Shown here in pieces: positions 24,401-36,667 of a stretch of DNA of 64,000 nucleotides. The notes under the pieces were generated by a model. The model was not told the DNA's origin and made no database searches. It saw only the letters and a program-made list of their open reading frames with translations. This DNA is from Phoronis australis (lineage: Eukaryota; Animalia; Phoronida), in NCBI GenBank assembly GCA_002633005.1, contig NMRA01000023.1:1112194-1176193 (forward strand), read 5' to 3'. The position numbers were made by a program, and so were the translations under genes. Numbering within the stretch: position 1 is the first letter of the stretch; each line of letters starts with the position of its first letter.

Positions 24401-27400
24401 TTTAAGTAAAATTGTGTGCTTTGTTTTCTAAACTTTAAGCATTTTGTAATTTTGTGTGAATGTTTTTATTGCAATTATTATAATTAGATTTAATTTTTTG
24501 CAATTTGTATTTAATGCTATGCATAACATGTAAATTAATATATAATCATATTTTTTATGAGTAGGCTAGATTTTGAATTTCTGTTATGGGACCCTGTGTG
24601 GAATTTCTTCAAAATTCTTGGTAAGGCCATTATTTCTTGAAATGGATCACAGTATTTTAAAAGGTTCTAGATGCTAAATTACAGCAAACAAATATAAAAT
24701 TGCCGGTCGTGATTTGAACCATGCATTCGACCACCTTAAAATTGGGTTGGCCAACAGCCGGCCTGCAATCAAACATTGCCTATATGAGTCGGCAGTGCGG
24801 TCGGCCAACAGTCGGCTATAAATTAGCTGACCAGTCGACTATTTAAGCGGCCGCTCAGACAAAAATTTGTGATATGGACTGTACTGTTCCTACATTTTGC
24901 TAGAATTGAGGCTGCTGAATCATGCACTGTTGATATAAGCACAAGATGCGGCATTGTGAAGTGTACTCTAGAAATTCTTCACTGACAATGGTGCCAATCT
25001 TAATTAGGATTTAAAGTTAGTCACACTATCTCTGATACTAGGCTGCAAGTCTTGAAACAGATTTAGTCGCATGCCCTATGAACAAAATATGTAATAGCCA
25101 ACTGAGAGGTTACCCTGCTTTTATAGATAATCTAATGTTAAAGTTTACTAACTGCTACTGCTACTGCTGCTGCTAATTCTACCGCAGCTGCTGCTGCTGT
25201 TGCTAGTACTGTTACTTATGCTAACTGTAAAATTAATGCTGCTACTACTACTACTACTACTACTACTACTGACACTACTACAAAATCACTTTCACTAACT
25301 ACTATAATTACTAAAACTACTACTACTGGTACTACTGACTATTTTTACTAACTGCTTCTACTACTCCTAACTACTACAGTCAACTAAAGATTCTACTTAC
25401 TATTGCTGCTACTCTGCTGCTGCTACTAGTGTTACTGCTCTTCTTGTTCTTATCACTACTACAGGTGCTATGATCACCTTTACCATAGCCACGACTACTG
25501 CTAATATACATGTAACTTCTATGAAAGTGTGCCATCTTTCTCAGTCTGTAATTCCAGCATCTGGTTTGTTAAACTCACTTAGTGCTAATTAGTCCTAATT
25601 TATTACTTCAGATACCTAAACCCCACTCATGTTACTGAAGACGTCATTAATGGCAGCTCTGTTTACCTGTATTTGGATATGACAGGTGGGTTGATTATTA
25701 TAAACTTTATTTGATAAATAAATGTAAATGTTCTAGATGAAAACTCAAAGCAGTGTCGCTGTTCTCTAAGTTATCATTTTGTTTTGGTTTTATGTCACTT
25801 TTCTCATTAAAATCATATAAAACAATTTAAATGTTTTCTGTGTTTTGGAGTACAGTGGATCAAGCATATTTAAAAGATGAATTTCACTGGTCAGTCATTT
25901 CTGAGAATTTGACCACTCCAGTAGTCCTTTTGTAAGATAAAAAGAAAGGACTGATTTTATCCCACATTCCTTGACATCATCGTGATGTTGCTGTCTTTTG
26001 CCAATGGGTTTTAAAGCCTCATGCTTAAGGTTTTTCATGTGCAAAGTCATACACAAAAGTCCAGGTTATGCAACAAGATAGCAATTTTGTCACAGTAATG
26101 TTCTTCTCAGTTGGGGAAACCCTTAAATGGTCTAGTGGATTACAGGTTATGATCTCTAAATGCCAAGTTAATGTTAAAGCAGATTCTGTTATGATAAGGA
26201 GGTTTTTAAGTTGAGTTTCATTCATTTTGTACGTTGAAAGGGCATTTTATTACAGCTGTTACACTGCACACAGTCACATGCATGCGCGTATGTACACCAT
26301 ACAGTAGTTTTCAAAAACAAGCTTCGGCAGTACTTTGTTAGACGCTGATGAACTTGGATAAAGTTCTTGTCAAAATTATTTGGTAATTTACTCAATCTTT
26401 TGTCACAATGAATACCATATTTTTAACTTTAGTCCTAATTTTATGTGAGGATATTGCACTTAGCCGCTGTTCATTTGCAAAACGTGCTTGCAAACTAATT
26501 TGTTGCAATTTTGACGAAGTGTGAGCAGCTCTTGTCAATATTGTTGTCACAATTTAGCCACAATAAAAGGTTTTTTTTAAAAAAAAGCTTAAATATTTAG
26601 TCACAGTTTTGTTGTTGAATTTCGATGTTGTTCAGTCTATTTTTAAAACTACTTAATTTGTCGTTGCATGATTGTTTTTCAGATCAAATGATCTATCTCA
26701 CCATTGAGAAGAAGATATTTGCAGCATTCCAAGCCTTCGTGGAGGAGTTGTTTGAACAGTTGGGAGAGAAGGCTTCCCTTGCATCCAATCCTCTTGTGGT
26801 GAGTCTGGCCACGTCAGGTCCTTAAGTTGCAAAATACTCACCGATAGCGGTTTTACTAATGGTTAGTTTCAGTAACAGTTAAAGATTATTTGCATGCTTT
26901 AAACTATGTTAATGTATAGCAGGAACTAAACGGCAATACTCTTTGAACATCATCTGCGCTGAACAAAGTGCTTAATAGTTGTATTCATTGACAACTTGTA
27001 AATGTGAAAACAAAAAAAATCTACAAATCGGTGACCTTTGCAGTAATGATGTACCTCCGGGGCTCACATAGCCCACATCATGCAGTGTTGTGCCCCAGCA
27101 TCATGTCACCATAGTTACTGGACACGGTTCAGTGATTTGTGGCTATCATTTTCGCCACAAAACTCATTCTTAAAAACGTCAATTTTCAACCTACAAAATA
27201 TATTCACATCTTGGGCGGGATGTTGTATTTTTAACTAATATGGCCAAGCAATTACAGAGATAAAGAATTAGCCTGCAAGTTCCTCGCAAGTTTTCAAAAA
27301 AGTTAGCAAGTCTCATCTTGAGTTTTTCGGCTTTATTTAAGTTATGGTGAAATCTTAGAAAGAAACCAGACGAAAAGCACTAGTAACTTAATTTTCTCCA

Positions 27401-30400
27401 TTTCTGTTTAAATTGTAGCTGATTTTTGTCTTGCTGGCTTGTTTTAATATGCAAGAAATGTCTCATTTTAACCTGGTTTCGTTTCCTGTTACCTATTTGG
27501 CTGGTGATTACCCGTAAGGTGTTGTTTGTCTTCAATATTCTGATCTTGGAAAAACTTTCAGACAAATGCCTACTACAGTAACAATGCTTCTGTTACCCAT
27601 TTAGAACACAATATGACGGGAAAGAGGAATTTCATCTTTTCAATTATTTCAACAATAATATTAATTTTTATTCTGTTATTAATTTGGTATATGCACAGAT
27701 CAGCCATCACCAAAACACAACTCATGACTGTTGTGAAATTTTGGGCGTTTGCAGCAATGTAGTAAGCCTTGTTCCAAAACAGGAAAAATGGTGATTTAGA
27801 AATTATTTAGTCCCAGCTTGAAGGTTTTTACTTTAAATTTATTATTAACTTTCCTCCAGTTTACAGCAGCTTAACTTTGACATGTCTTCTTTAAAAAATT
27901 TAAGATGTTACCAAGTTCACATGAAGGGAGCCAGTGTAGCTGTATACTTGTCTAGCTGTTTCTAATCAGGTTCATCTTTGTGTTGTGTTTCAGTTGGGAT
28001 TACCGTAAATTCTTACTAATTTTTTTCTGTCTTAACCATAATTTGTAGCCCATAGGTGTTAGGTTTTGATGATGAAATTCAAGCTCATGATTTTTCAAAA
28101 AATGACATGAAACTCTGACAAAAAATGGATCCAGAATATGCTTTTTGCCTCTCCTTCAGTTTGGCGACCCAGTGTATGGTGAAAAGCAGCCTCGGTTTAC
28201 TGAATTCATGGCACCAGGGGTCATCATTAGGTAAGCTTTGTTAGTAAATGCCAAGACAAAACTCAGTTTCCGGTATTTGTAGTCGGATGTATTTCCCGTG
28301 TGGTACACTGACCAGCTCCAAACTATGTAAACAGAAGCAACAATTGCATTTGATTGACCTCAAGCGACTTCAAGCAACTGAGTGTGAGCATATGCGCGCA
28401 TTTATCATGTGGTGACCATAAAGTTTTTCCTTTAGTCATATTTCAGAAAGCGTGAATTTTGTGCCTAACGTTGCGAGTAGGTACTTTCATCAGGAATTGT
28501 TTAAAAGATATTTTTGATTTAGCTTTCACGTTCCATGACTTTTAGGTGGGATGAGTCTGTGTATTTAGAAAAAATTCTAGAAAACTTAGATATTTTAACG
28601 AAGTAAAAGACAGAATGGTTAGTGTATATTTCTGAAAGTAGAAAGCTTGTAGAAATTTTCTTCGATTTTTTACCTGTCTCCAATTAACTGGTAATGATGT
28701 AAATGTTCAACATGAATGTTATTATTAAACTTTAAATTTCAATTCAATTTGTTTTTGTTTTATTCATAAATTTTGATTTTTTCATGAAATTTACTTTTAT
28801 TTGATAGCCTCTCATTCAATTCCTAGAGTATTTTGGAGTACAATGCATAATGTGCTTAATATCAAAGTTTCATATGAAATGCAATCGCCCGTTTTTGAGA
28901 TGTGATGTTCTGAAGGTAATCAATTTTGGACATTCTTCAATGGGCCTACGTAACCTTTCTTTAAATTTTGGCAAAACTTGATCCTGTTATCTTTTGAGTT
29001 AAATGGACAGTCAGTTGACTCATAGTTTTGTGTTACATGAAAATTATTTTCCAAATTTTCCGTTTATTGGAATTTGAGCACAATTTTTTAAAAGAAATTA
29101 TTTGTGTCTGTCACAATGTTGAAACTGAATAATTTACAAAATGTTTTTGTCTGTTGAATTTGATATTTTGTTTTTGCAAGATATTATTTTGTATGTTGGT
29201 GGCATTTATGGTAAAAATTCTTCAATTTGACGCAACATGGTTCTAGAAATGTGGAATATTCGTCAAAAAATTTCACATTTTAAGTTGATGTCATGAAAGC
29301 TTGTCTTCATTTTCAACTTGCTGTGTATGAACTGTACATTAATGCCTCTTAACAATGTCTGGAGAAAATGTGAGGATTTGGTGTGTCAACCTTTGAATTT
29401 TGGGAAAGTGACATTTCAAGCAGCAATTGTGTTACCTTTGAATTTAGTACTTTAAATTTTCCTTATTTGAGAGAATTCCCAGTAATTTGGGTGTCTGTAG
29501 TACAGTTTGTAGTTTATTTGACTTGAATGTGTATCATGTATTTCAACATCATTGTGTTTCCACCCTTCTCCAGCATCACTTTCTTCATGGCAACAGGACT
29601 CACTGCTCTGTCTTTTGTTATGGAGAAGAAGCAGGGTATCTTGGAGCGCAGCTTTGTTGCTGGTGAGTCCGCAACACTATGTGTGACACAGTTTGAACTG
29701 AGGTATTTGTTTTTTCAAGAAGAGGTGATGCATTGAACCAAGCACAAGTTCCATCCACTTCCCGTTTTAAAAACATTCTGTATCATTTATTTTGATGGAC
29801 TGGAGGGAGTTTTGTCTTTCTGTCTGCTGGTGTGATAGATGTCTAATGTGCCAGTCATGTGAATATCATTGAGGTGAGGATTGTTCACATCTGTAGCCAT
29901 CCACTTTACTTGTCTGGGTCAATGGTTGTGGTGCTTAAGTTGAGATATGCGAAAATCAGTGGGTAGGCGTGGCTGTTTGAAATTAAAATTGTTGGAAAGT
30001 TGGAGCGGGGTTAATAAATTTATGGTAACCTACAATGAATTAACCATGGTCATTGTTTTGCGAAAGCTAACATGCGAAGCTTCATGTTAGGGTCGTGATT
30101 TGAAGTACTAAGGTTATCTGTTGCTTTTGATGCAACAACAATCAAAAATACTTAGTGTACAAATTAGAAGTGAACATATAATCAACCAGCAGAAATTTTG
30201 GGGTGGGTGCTAAGCCAAACGGAGTTACCCGGAACAGATAGGTGAGGTACTTTATGCCAGCCATCATCCCTTTCCTTTTGCAATCCCCCACATGGGCGGC
30301 AAGTGAAGTTTTGTCCATGAGTATCCTAATGAAAGATATTTTTGTTATCAACCACTAGGTGTAAATGCCATTGAGGTGATGATTGGTCACATCTGCACCC

Positions 30401-33400
30401 AGCTGATTGTCATGTGTGTCCAAGTGGGTATACTACTTACTGTGACCTTGGCTGTGTTTGGTATTCCTTACAAAGGACCTTTGATACTCGTGGTTGTACT
30501 CACGCTGTTCCAAGGTTTTGTGGGCATGGCTGTTGGTGAGTAATGGATGGTTGAAATTATTGCATGTTCTTCTGGTATCTCAGTCCACACTTGACTAGAC
30601 ACATTTATTAAATTGAATTTTAAGTTTAATGAGAGATTTCATTTATTACTTGATTTTGGAGATTGGGACATGGGTGGTTTTTGTAATTCTCAAGCACGGA
30701 ACACTGTTTTGTGGTGTCAGAGTCTAAAAATTGACTACATAGCTCCCAAAGTCATTGAATATCCACTTTGAATTTGGGATGTCCCCTTATAAAATTTAGT
30801 ACCAGTTCCGACCTTTTGAAAAATACTTGTGCACTCACATTATAATTATGTGGTTGAATATTGTCGTCACTGTCCGGTTGTTAGGTCATTAGGTTGTCTG
30901 GGTGTCTGCTTGATATCTCAAAAACCCCTTGTCGGATTTTGAGGAAAGTTGGCGCAAACGTATAGCACATCACTTGAACAGTTCATGCCACTTCTCAATG
31001 TGCCGCGCCTCCATTAAATTTTCATGCAGATTCGACTTCTGTAATCTCTCCAAGTTGTCATCTTTTTTTTTTTTTGACGTGAGCTGTTCAAGTCTTGTTT
31101 GGCGAAAAGTGATATTTAAAGAACCAATTGACTTATTTCGTGAAAATGTTCGGCAAAGTCATAGTATGAGATTGTGCCAGCACTTGATTAGATTTTCAGC
31201 TGGATTCGACTACTGCGGTGCCTCCTAGTGCCCATTTCAGGTGATGGCATTTCTGGATAATATATAGATAACAGATGGATGGATTTCAATGAATCTTGCC
31301 ACAAAGGTGTGGTATATCAATGTGCTGGTACCATTAAATTTGCATGTTAATTCCACTGCCGTAGCACTTCCTAGTGGTCATTTTGTTATCAACAATGGCT
31401 TTTCAAGTGTGGTTTGGGGGAAGAGCATTAATCCCGATGATATATTTAAAGATTGTGAACCGATTGACAGACTTCATTGAAACCTGACTTAAAGATATGA
31501 GATTGCGCTGGCACCATTTAATCATCGGACAGATTCAATGACTGCAATGCCTCCTAGTGGCCATTTTGTGTGAGAGTGTTTCCACATGATATGTAGACAA
31601 CCAAATCACGGAATTTAATGAAAGTTGACATAGAGGTTTGGGTTGACAATGGAGCAGCACCATTAAAGTGTTGGGCAGATTCATCCACTGTAGCACCTCC
31701 TAGTGGCCATCTTGTTTTTGACATGGGTTTTTGAAGTATTGAGTATTGTTTGTGGGAAGAGCATTTCAGGATGATATCTAAAGAAGTGATGGGCAGATTT
31801 CATTGAAACTGGACACAGAGGTAATATTTATTTTTGAGATTTTGCCATCATCAATTTATTTTCGGGTGGATTCTGCATCTCCTCCTAGTGGCTATTTCAT
31901 TTAAAAGCATTAAATTCCAGATGATATGTAGAGAACTTGAGTGAAGGATTTCAATATTATGACCGTTGTGGACACAGAGGTATGTTAGGGCAGTGCGGCA
32001 GCACCATTAAAATTTCCAGGCATATTCAACCACTGTAGCTCCTCCTACTGGACATTTAGTTTTTGACATGAGGTTTGCGGTAGGCGCGTTTCCGGATGAT
32101 ATCTAACGAATCCATTGATGGATCTCATTAAAACTTGACACAGAAGAATTAGAAAATTGTGCTGGCTCCATTCTATTTTTGGGCATATTCGAGTACCGCA
32201 GTGCCTCCTAGTGGCCCTTAGAAACATGTTGTATGCGATGCACTGTGGGCACATGTCAAGCCCCTGCATAGCTCTCGTTCTCTGTCCTAAACCCATGGAG
32301 ATGTGTCTAATGTCTTAGCTGATCTCTAGCTTGTAACGTCCTGCTCAGTACTACTGCACTGTTGTGTTATTGCCTGGTGCCTATTTAATGATTACCATCT
32401 TTATTTCAGGCCTTCTGGTCTCTGCCATCTGTGAGCAAGAAAACACAGCAATTATGGTGACTCTCAGCTCCGTCTACCCAAACATGCTTATCAGTGGTAA
32501 GTAGCTCGCATGCTGTGTCACTATGGTTTCACCCTGGTTGCATTCAGTAGTCACTAATGAGGTACTAGCAGTGAGAAGTCTTGGCGTATGCATAAGAAAT
32601 ATCAAATGTTTGGATGTTGTTTAATACCATAGCATAGCCATCCAGTCCCTTTCTATGACAGCCATTTCGGCCATGTATGTTGCTAAAGTCGAGCGTCTAC
32701 TCCTGAAATACTTGCAAAATAACAGAACTGTGAAGTTTGTTTAACTCATTACAACAGATTAAATGGCGCACTCACAGTTAGGTAGTCTCTCCCTCTGTTT
32801 TTGATGATTCAGAAGTGTTTTTGTTTGATCATTGATCAATCTTCAGTTGCAATCCTCCTGTTTTTCTTCACTGCTACTTAACTATTACAACTTTCATTGT
32901 CATATTCAGAGAAGACTTCCTTTTCTCACATACAGTGTCATCATTTTCATTTCAGTCCTTGCACGTGAATCTGTCGACTCAGTTCTTTTCTCATGTGTCA
33001 CAATTCTGCTGTAAAAAACATTTAAATTTTTTCAGTAGAAAACAGAGAGTGTTGCTGATAACATATTGTAAAAGTATGTTACCAACAATGGTTCCGAGTT
33101 TTCTACCGCTAATTTGGCCAAAAACCGATATCATATGAATCTCTTTTTTCACGATCTCTGACTATTTTTTTCCACTCTCTGGTAAATGGAGTGAGCTACA
33201 CATGGTTGTGTATACTATGTAGCACTTATCAATGCCCTGACTGTGGTTTGCTAGAAAAGAAAGGTCTGTAGCAACAGAAATCTGGTGTTTAAGAAGATAA
33301 AAAAATTTAAGAAATGAGTCCACTGTTCATTAATGACCGTATTTTAGTTTTCCAATATCAGTACAAGGCACACTTTTCACTTAACATTAATTTTGCATTG

Positions 33401-33890
33401 TATATATTTTTAATATTGAGCCTTATTCCAACTTAGACAATAACATCAAATGACAACTCAACTTCACACCAGATTCTTTTAATTATTTATAATTTAAAGT
33501 ATACTGATTTTGCTGGTCAACCAGGTTTGAAAACCAAACAGTGTATGCATAGTCAGACTAAAAAGTGGTATTAAATTCACTCCGAAATTTGTGAAATGGA
33601 TTTAAAATATTATTGTTTCAGGGTGATAAACGTAAAACATCTAGAAATTAAACCAATGCCATGTTATTTTGTTTTTAGGAATCATCTGGCCGATTGAAGC
33701 TATGCCCACGTGGTTACGCTATATTAGTTACTGTCTACCAATGACGTATGCCGCACAGGCCATGCGGAGTATTCTTGGGCGAGGCTGGGACCTCACCCAC
33801 ACCTACGTGTGGAGAGGCTTCCTCATGTCGATAGGATGGGGCTGGGCTCTTTTGGCCCTCACAGCAGTTATACTGACGGTGAAACGATAA
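12275..33890 (+). CDS. ABCH: ABCH-type (ABCG20/ABCG23-like) half ABC transporter, NBD then TMD, 17 coding exons, 2109 nt, 702 aa
   Basis: join(12275-12411,13593-13752,15292-15446,16351-16458,17059-17152,19847-19999,21418-21511,22576-22690,23345-23507,24223-24326,25612-25685,26683-26798,28160-28230,29574-29662,30359-30535,32410-32496,33679-33890). All introns GT-AG, all phases compatible, no internal stops. Walker [10 protein letters not shown]-loop GYMPQE, signature LSGGQRRR, Walker [14 protein letters not shown]-loop ITTHYIEEA, and ABCH-like FTEFMAPG and [11 protein letters not shown]. Confidence 0.92.
13593..13752 (+). CDS. ABCH: ABCH-like exon 2 (Walker A, Q-loop)
   Basis: [20 protein letters not shown]...RVGYMPQ; AG/GT boundaries. 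Confidence 0.93.
15292..15446 (+). CDS. ABCH: ABCH-like exon 3
   Basis: [23 protein letters not shown]...[14 protein letters not shown](S); donor gtgagt. Confidence 0.92.
16351..16458 (+). CDS. ABCH: ABCH-like exon 4 (ABC signature, Walker B)
   Basis: [35 protein letters not shown](R); donor gtaagc. Confidence 0.94.
17059..17152 (+). CDS. ABCH: ABCH-like exon 5 (H-loop)
   Basis: [31 protein letters not shown]. Confidence 0.93.
17701..17770 (-). pseudogene. tRNA-derived (tRNA-Cys-like) SINE head or pseudogene in an intron
   Basis: Minus strand reads GCTCAGAGGCAGAGCATTTGGCTGCTACTGCAGAGCTCGCGGGTTCAACTCC: A and B boxes and D arm present, anticodon and acceptor stems broken. Confidence 0.55.
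17835..17962 (+). repeat. Dispersed repeat fragment (direct copy at about 23895-24023)
   Basis: Shared tggcagaca...aattggtgatttgtaat...gttgtt..a.agct.tggt.aaa...taactt..a.aagtct.tctca.ccaac. Confidence 0.7.
18135..19121. mobile_element. Non-autonomous DNA transposon or MITE of about 1 kb with G-rich imperfect TIRs and an internal tRNA-like segment
   Basis: Left end cataggcggatttagg+G-run; right end C-run...cctagatccattgtatg; internal 18981-19031 motif shared with 52364-52410; tRNA-like ggtgtagtggtaacgcac...gagttcgagtc at about 18797-18851; no clean TSD. Confidence 0.55.
19847..19999 (+). CDS. ABCH: ABCH-like exon 6
   Basis: [35 protein letters not shown]...; donor gttagt. Confidence 0.88.
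20995..21066. repeat. 72-nt inverted repeat (31-bp arms, 28/31 matched, 10-nt loop) bounded by TTAA
   Basis: ttaaaaaccggacgatcgccccacaaataaa ... tttatttgtgcagcgatcctccggtttttaa. Confidence 0.85.
21418..21511 (+). CDS. ABCH: ABCH-like exon 7 (NBD-TMD linker)
   Basis: [31 protein letters not shown]; donor gtgagt; its 0-to-1 phase shift is needed to join exons 6 and 8. Confidence 0.75.
22576..22690 (+). CDS. ABCH: ABCH-like exon 8
   Basis: [37 protein letters not shown](G); donor gtatgt. Confidence 0.87.
23345..23507 (+). CDS. ABCH: ABCH-like exon 9 (TM1)
   Basis: [35 protein letters not shown]...DSVIQ. Confidence 0.9.
24223..24326 (+). CDS. ABCH: ABCH-like exon 10
   Basis: [34 protein letters not shown](R). 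Confidence 0.88.
25150..25505. repeat. Degenerate (CTA)n/(CTG)n microsatellite
   Basis: Runs of ctactactac and ctgctgctg. Confidence 0.85.
25612..25685 (+). CDS. ABCH: ABCH-like exon 11
   Basis: [24 protein letters not shown](D). Confidence 0.87.
26683..26798 (+). CDS. ABCH: ABCH-like exon 12
   Basis: [38 protein letters not shown]; donor gtgagt. Confidence 0.88.
26975..27290. repeat. Dispersed repeat, copy 2 (inverted relative to 4630-4905)
   Basis: Its reverse complement aligns by eye with 4630-4905 over about 280 bp. Confidence 0.8.
28160..28230 (+). CDS. ABCH: ABCH-like exon 13
   Basis: [23 protein letters not shown](S). Confidence 0.92.
29574..29662 (+). CDS. ABCH: ABCH-like exon 14
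   Basis: [29 protein letters not shown](G). Confidence 0.92.
30359..30535 (+). CDS. ABCH: ABCH-like exon 15
   Basis: [58 protein letters not shown](G). Confidence 0.92.
30827..32280 (+). mobile_element. Helentron/DINE-1-like non-autonomous element with an internal tandem array of about 146-185-bp units
   Basis: 5' hairpin gcactcacat-tataatt-atgtggttg followed by ttgtcgtc; seven cctcctagtgg-type cores; 3' inverted subterminal motif tgtgggcacat at about 32244; 5' end homologous to the element at 55328. Confidence 0.65.
32410..32496 (+). CDS. ABCH: ABCH-like exon 16
   Basis: [28 protein letters not shown](G). Confidence 0.92.
33679..33890 (+). CDS. ABCH: ABCH-like terminal exon 17
   Basis: [36 protein letters not shown]...VILTVKR*. 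Confidence 0.93.
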
Positions 33891-36506
33891 ATTGGTTGAC
33901 TCGATTTAAGGGCTTCTACAGTGTGTTGTATGCTGGAAGCAAATAACATCTGATGGCATGTTGTAATCTTGTTAGAACTGTGTTACCTGTAAAAAATGTT
34001 GTTAGGCCGTTGAATTCGTAAGTATGATGATCATTCTCAGTTTTTGGAAACATTAGAAAACGATGAAATCTGGCTGATTTGAAAGAAGGGTGTGAAGTCC
34101 TAAAATGAAACTTTTCTATGATCATTGTAGATAGCTTTGTTAATATTTGCTTCTTGACAACCAAGTTCTTTCATTCCTTTCATAGTCATTGTATGCTAAA
34201 TTTTGTAAAAAAGTATAACTTTTCAATTATATTAAACAAGTCATTTTTGTTTAGTTCTTGTAGGCCAATGCATTATGTAATTTTTACTTGCAGTCTGTGA
34301 GATGAGTTGAACAATGAGGTAAATACTTGAAAACAATGACAGAGCAGTGATTTCAAACTCAGTTCTGACATTCACACGACTGTACCATATATCAGTGTTC
34401 TCGGCGACCTGTTTTGACTCAACGTGGTAACGAGTTTGGATTTTGCCGCGTCGAGTTTGGGGAAAGCGCGTCAAGTTTAAAAATTGCCGCTTCAGGTTTA
34501 AAACCTTCGCTTGCTTGACACTTCAGCCCTCAGCATCAAATCAGAGCCTGATTTTACCAACAGTAAACATAGTTCACTTGACTAAGAGACAGATGTTAAG
34601 GCTATAGACTACAGAAAAGACAGTGCTGACTACTGATATTGAACTTAAGAAATTTGCGTCAAGTTTGGAATTGGTATTGTGGAGAAGAGTGTATTCCTGC
34701 CATGTAAAGTACACACTCATCAGTGATTTTCAATACCGAAACAAAAAGGAGGGTGTGGGCATGAAGTTTGAGCTTACAATTTTTTTGAAAAGTCAGAGCT
34801 GGGCTTTTACCTGAATTAGTTTAACGCCTTTATTTTAATGCCAGATACTTTACAACCTCACTGGCGATATACTGTATGTCACACACAACGATGCACCCAG
34901 CCGGGCAGTATGTATAAATTGAGGGTTTCCATTTAACAAGTGAAAATTTAAGGGTTGCCACGGAGCTTTACATATTTGTTATCTTTGAATAGCGCAGTTA
35001 TTGTATTACATTTATTTGTGCTGCAAGGTGGGTCATTATGGATACCTGCTTGTCTGTTTTTTAAATTATTTTTGAGATAGCATTTTGTTACTCCCACTAA
35101 CTTTGATTCTGATGTACTTATTTCAGTTTAGAATAGTTATGGTTGTACTGTATGTTTCTGATTGCACAGTTTGTGTAGTAGAAAAATGGATAACTATAAT
35201 TCCAGGCTAAATTGCATCAGTAGTCTGTGTCTCAAAGAGTATATTTGGCTTTCGTTTTTTGACATCCGGCTAAAATCAGTTTACAGATGGCTTTAGTTAG
35301 ATTTTTCATGAAAACAGACAAAAGCTGAAAGTCTGAAAATTATAATAAGACATGAATCCTCAGTCTGATCCATTAGACAAATGACAAAAATTTTTGAGAA
35401 ACACAAGAGACAATATTTAATTGTAAACCTCTGCCTATTTGAAGTCAGATTAATTACGCTTGGCTGAATACAAAAGCCAATGATTATACACTTGGAGAAA
35501 CGGGTACTGTATCAGGTTTGCACAAGCCATGAGATAGGGCTAATTTCATTGAGCCGCTGGTTGAAACTCCGATTTGTTACATTTTACATTACACTTGTGT
35601 ATTTTTAAATTAGAGCATTTCCTCTGCAAATTTTCTTTAAGGCATGCTTTTTCCTTTTTAGAAAATGTGGATTATGTGTGCAAATCTGCCTCAAAATTTG
35701 ATTGGTGGTATTTACTGCAGCTCTTGTCTTGTATATCTGCATCTTGCCATCCATGTGATTTCACAGCTTCATTACCAGTATTTTGCCATCATCACTAGTC
35801 TGTAAGGTTTTGTAACTGAGTGAGCAAACTGGAAGATTTCAGTTTGTTGTGTTTTCCATTTGTTTCAGTTACTCATACAACTGAAGTGTCTTTTCACTCA
35901 CATTCAGATAATAATGAATTTGGCAGAATTTCGTGCCTACCTTTGTATTCAACAGACATGGCATTTTGGGTTCATGTTTAATATAATTGTAAAGTTTAGC
36001 TTCAGTGGTGTTGCAGTGGAAAGTGCCGTGGTCAGAATTTGAGCAACTCGTCAATAAGTTAACATTAAATTTTATTTTTAAACTGTGTCCATGAATGAGG
36101 GGTGGGACTAAAAGAAGGTGATAATTCAAAATAAGATCTGTGATTCAACTGTTTTGTATTTGTGTTTGTATTGTTTTTTCAGAATTTTTTCTTCCTACAG
36201 TAATCTTACAGTTTTGTATTGACTCGGAATGTTCACTCCTAGTTTCTTTAATTCTGCAGTTAATGTGATATATGCCATTGTTTTCATAATGCTAAGCTAG
36301 ACCATGTCATCTTTAGCTCTGTAGACTGTTTGTCAAACGTTTGATTGTGTTTTGTTACTATTATTATTATTTTATTTATAATTAACTTCATTTTAGTTAA
36401 AAGTCAATTGTAGTCAATTTGACTGCACTTAAAGTTTGACTTCGTTTTGTACATTTGGGTTCACTATGCTCTACGATTACACCTGAGCCCTATGTTTTGT
36501 ACTTTC

Positions 36507-36667
36507 AATAAATTGAACAGTCGTCTTAAGGTATGTAAGAGCATAGATGGTATGTGCTATACACATTTAGTTTGACCAATGCAATGTGATATTTATTGTA
36601 TACAGATCATGTTAATTGCTTTCTTTTGTGTTATTTCTCAAATTGTTTAATGTGTGATACTAATAAA
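36507..36667 (+). terminator. Candidate polyadenylation signals of the ABCH-like gene (3' UTR about 2.6-2.8 kb)
   Basis: AATAAA at 36507-36512 and 36662-36667 at the end of a long U-rich region. Confidence 0.45.

Noticed and set aside
26345-26370. CTGATGA followed by a short stem, hammerhead-like
   Set aside because: The GAAA core is missing after the stem.
12412-33678. Minor-spliceosome (U12) or non-canonical introns in the ABCH-like gene
   Set aside because: All 16 introns are GT-AG and none has the GTATCCTT donor.
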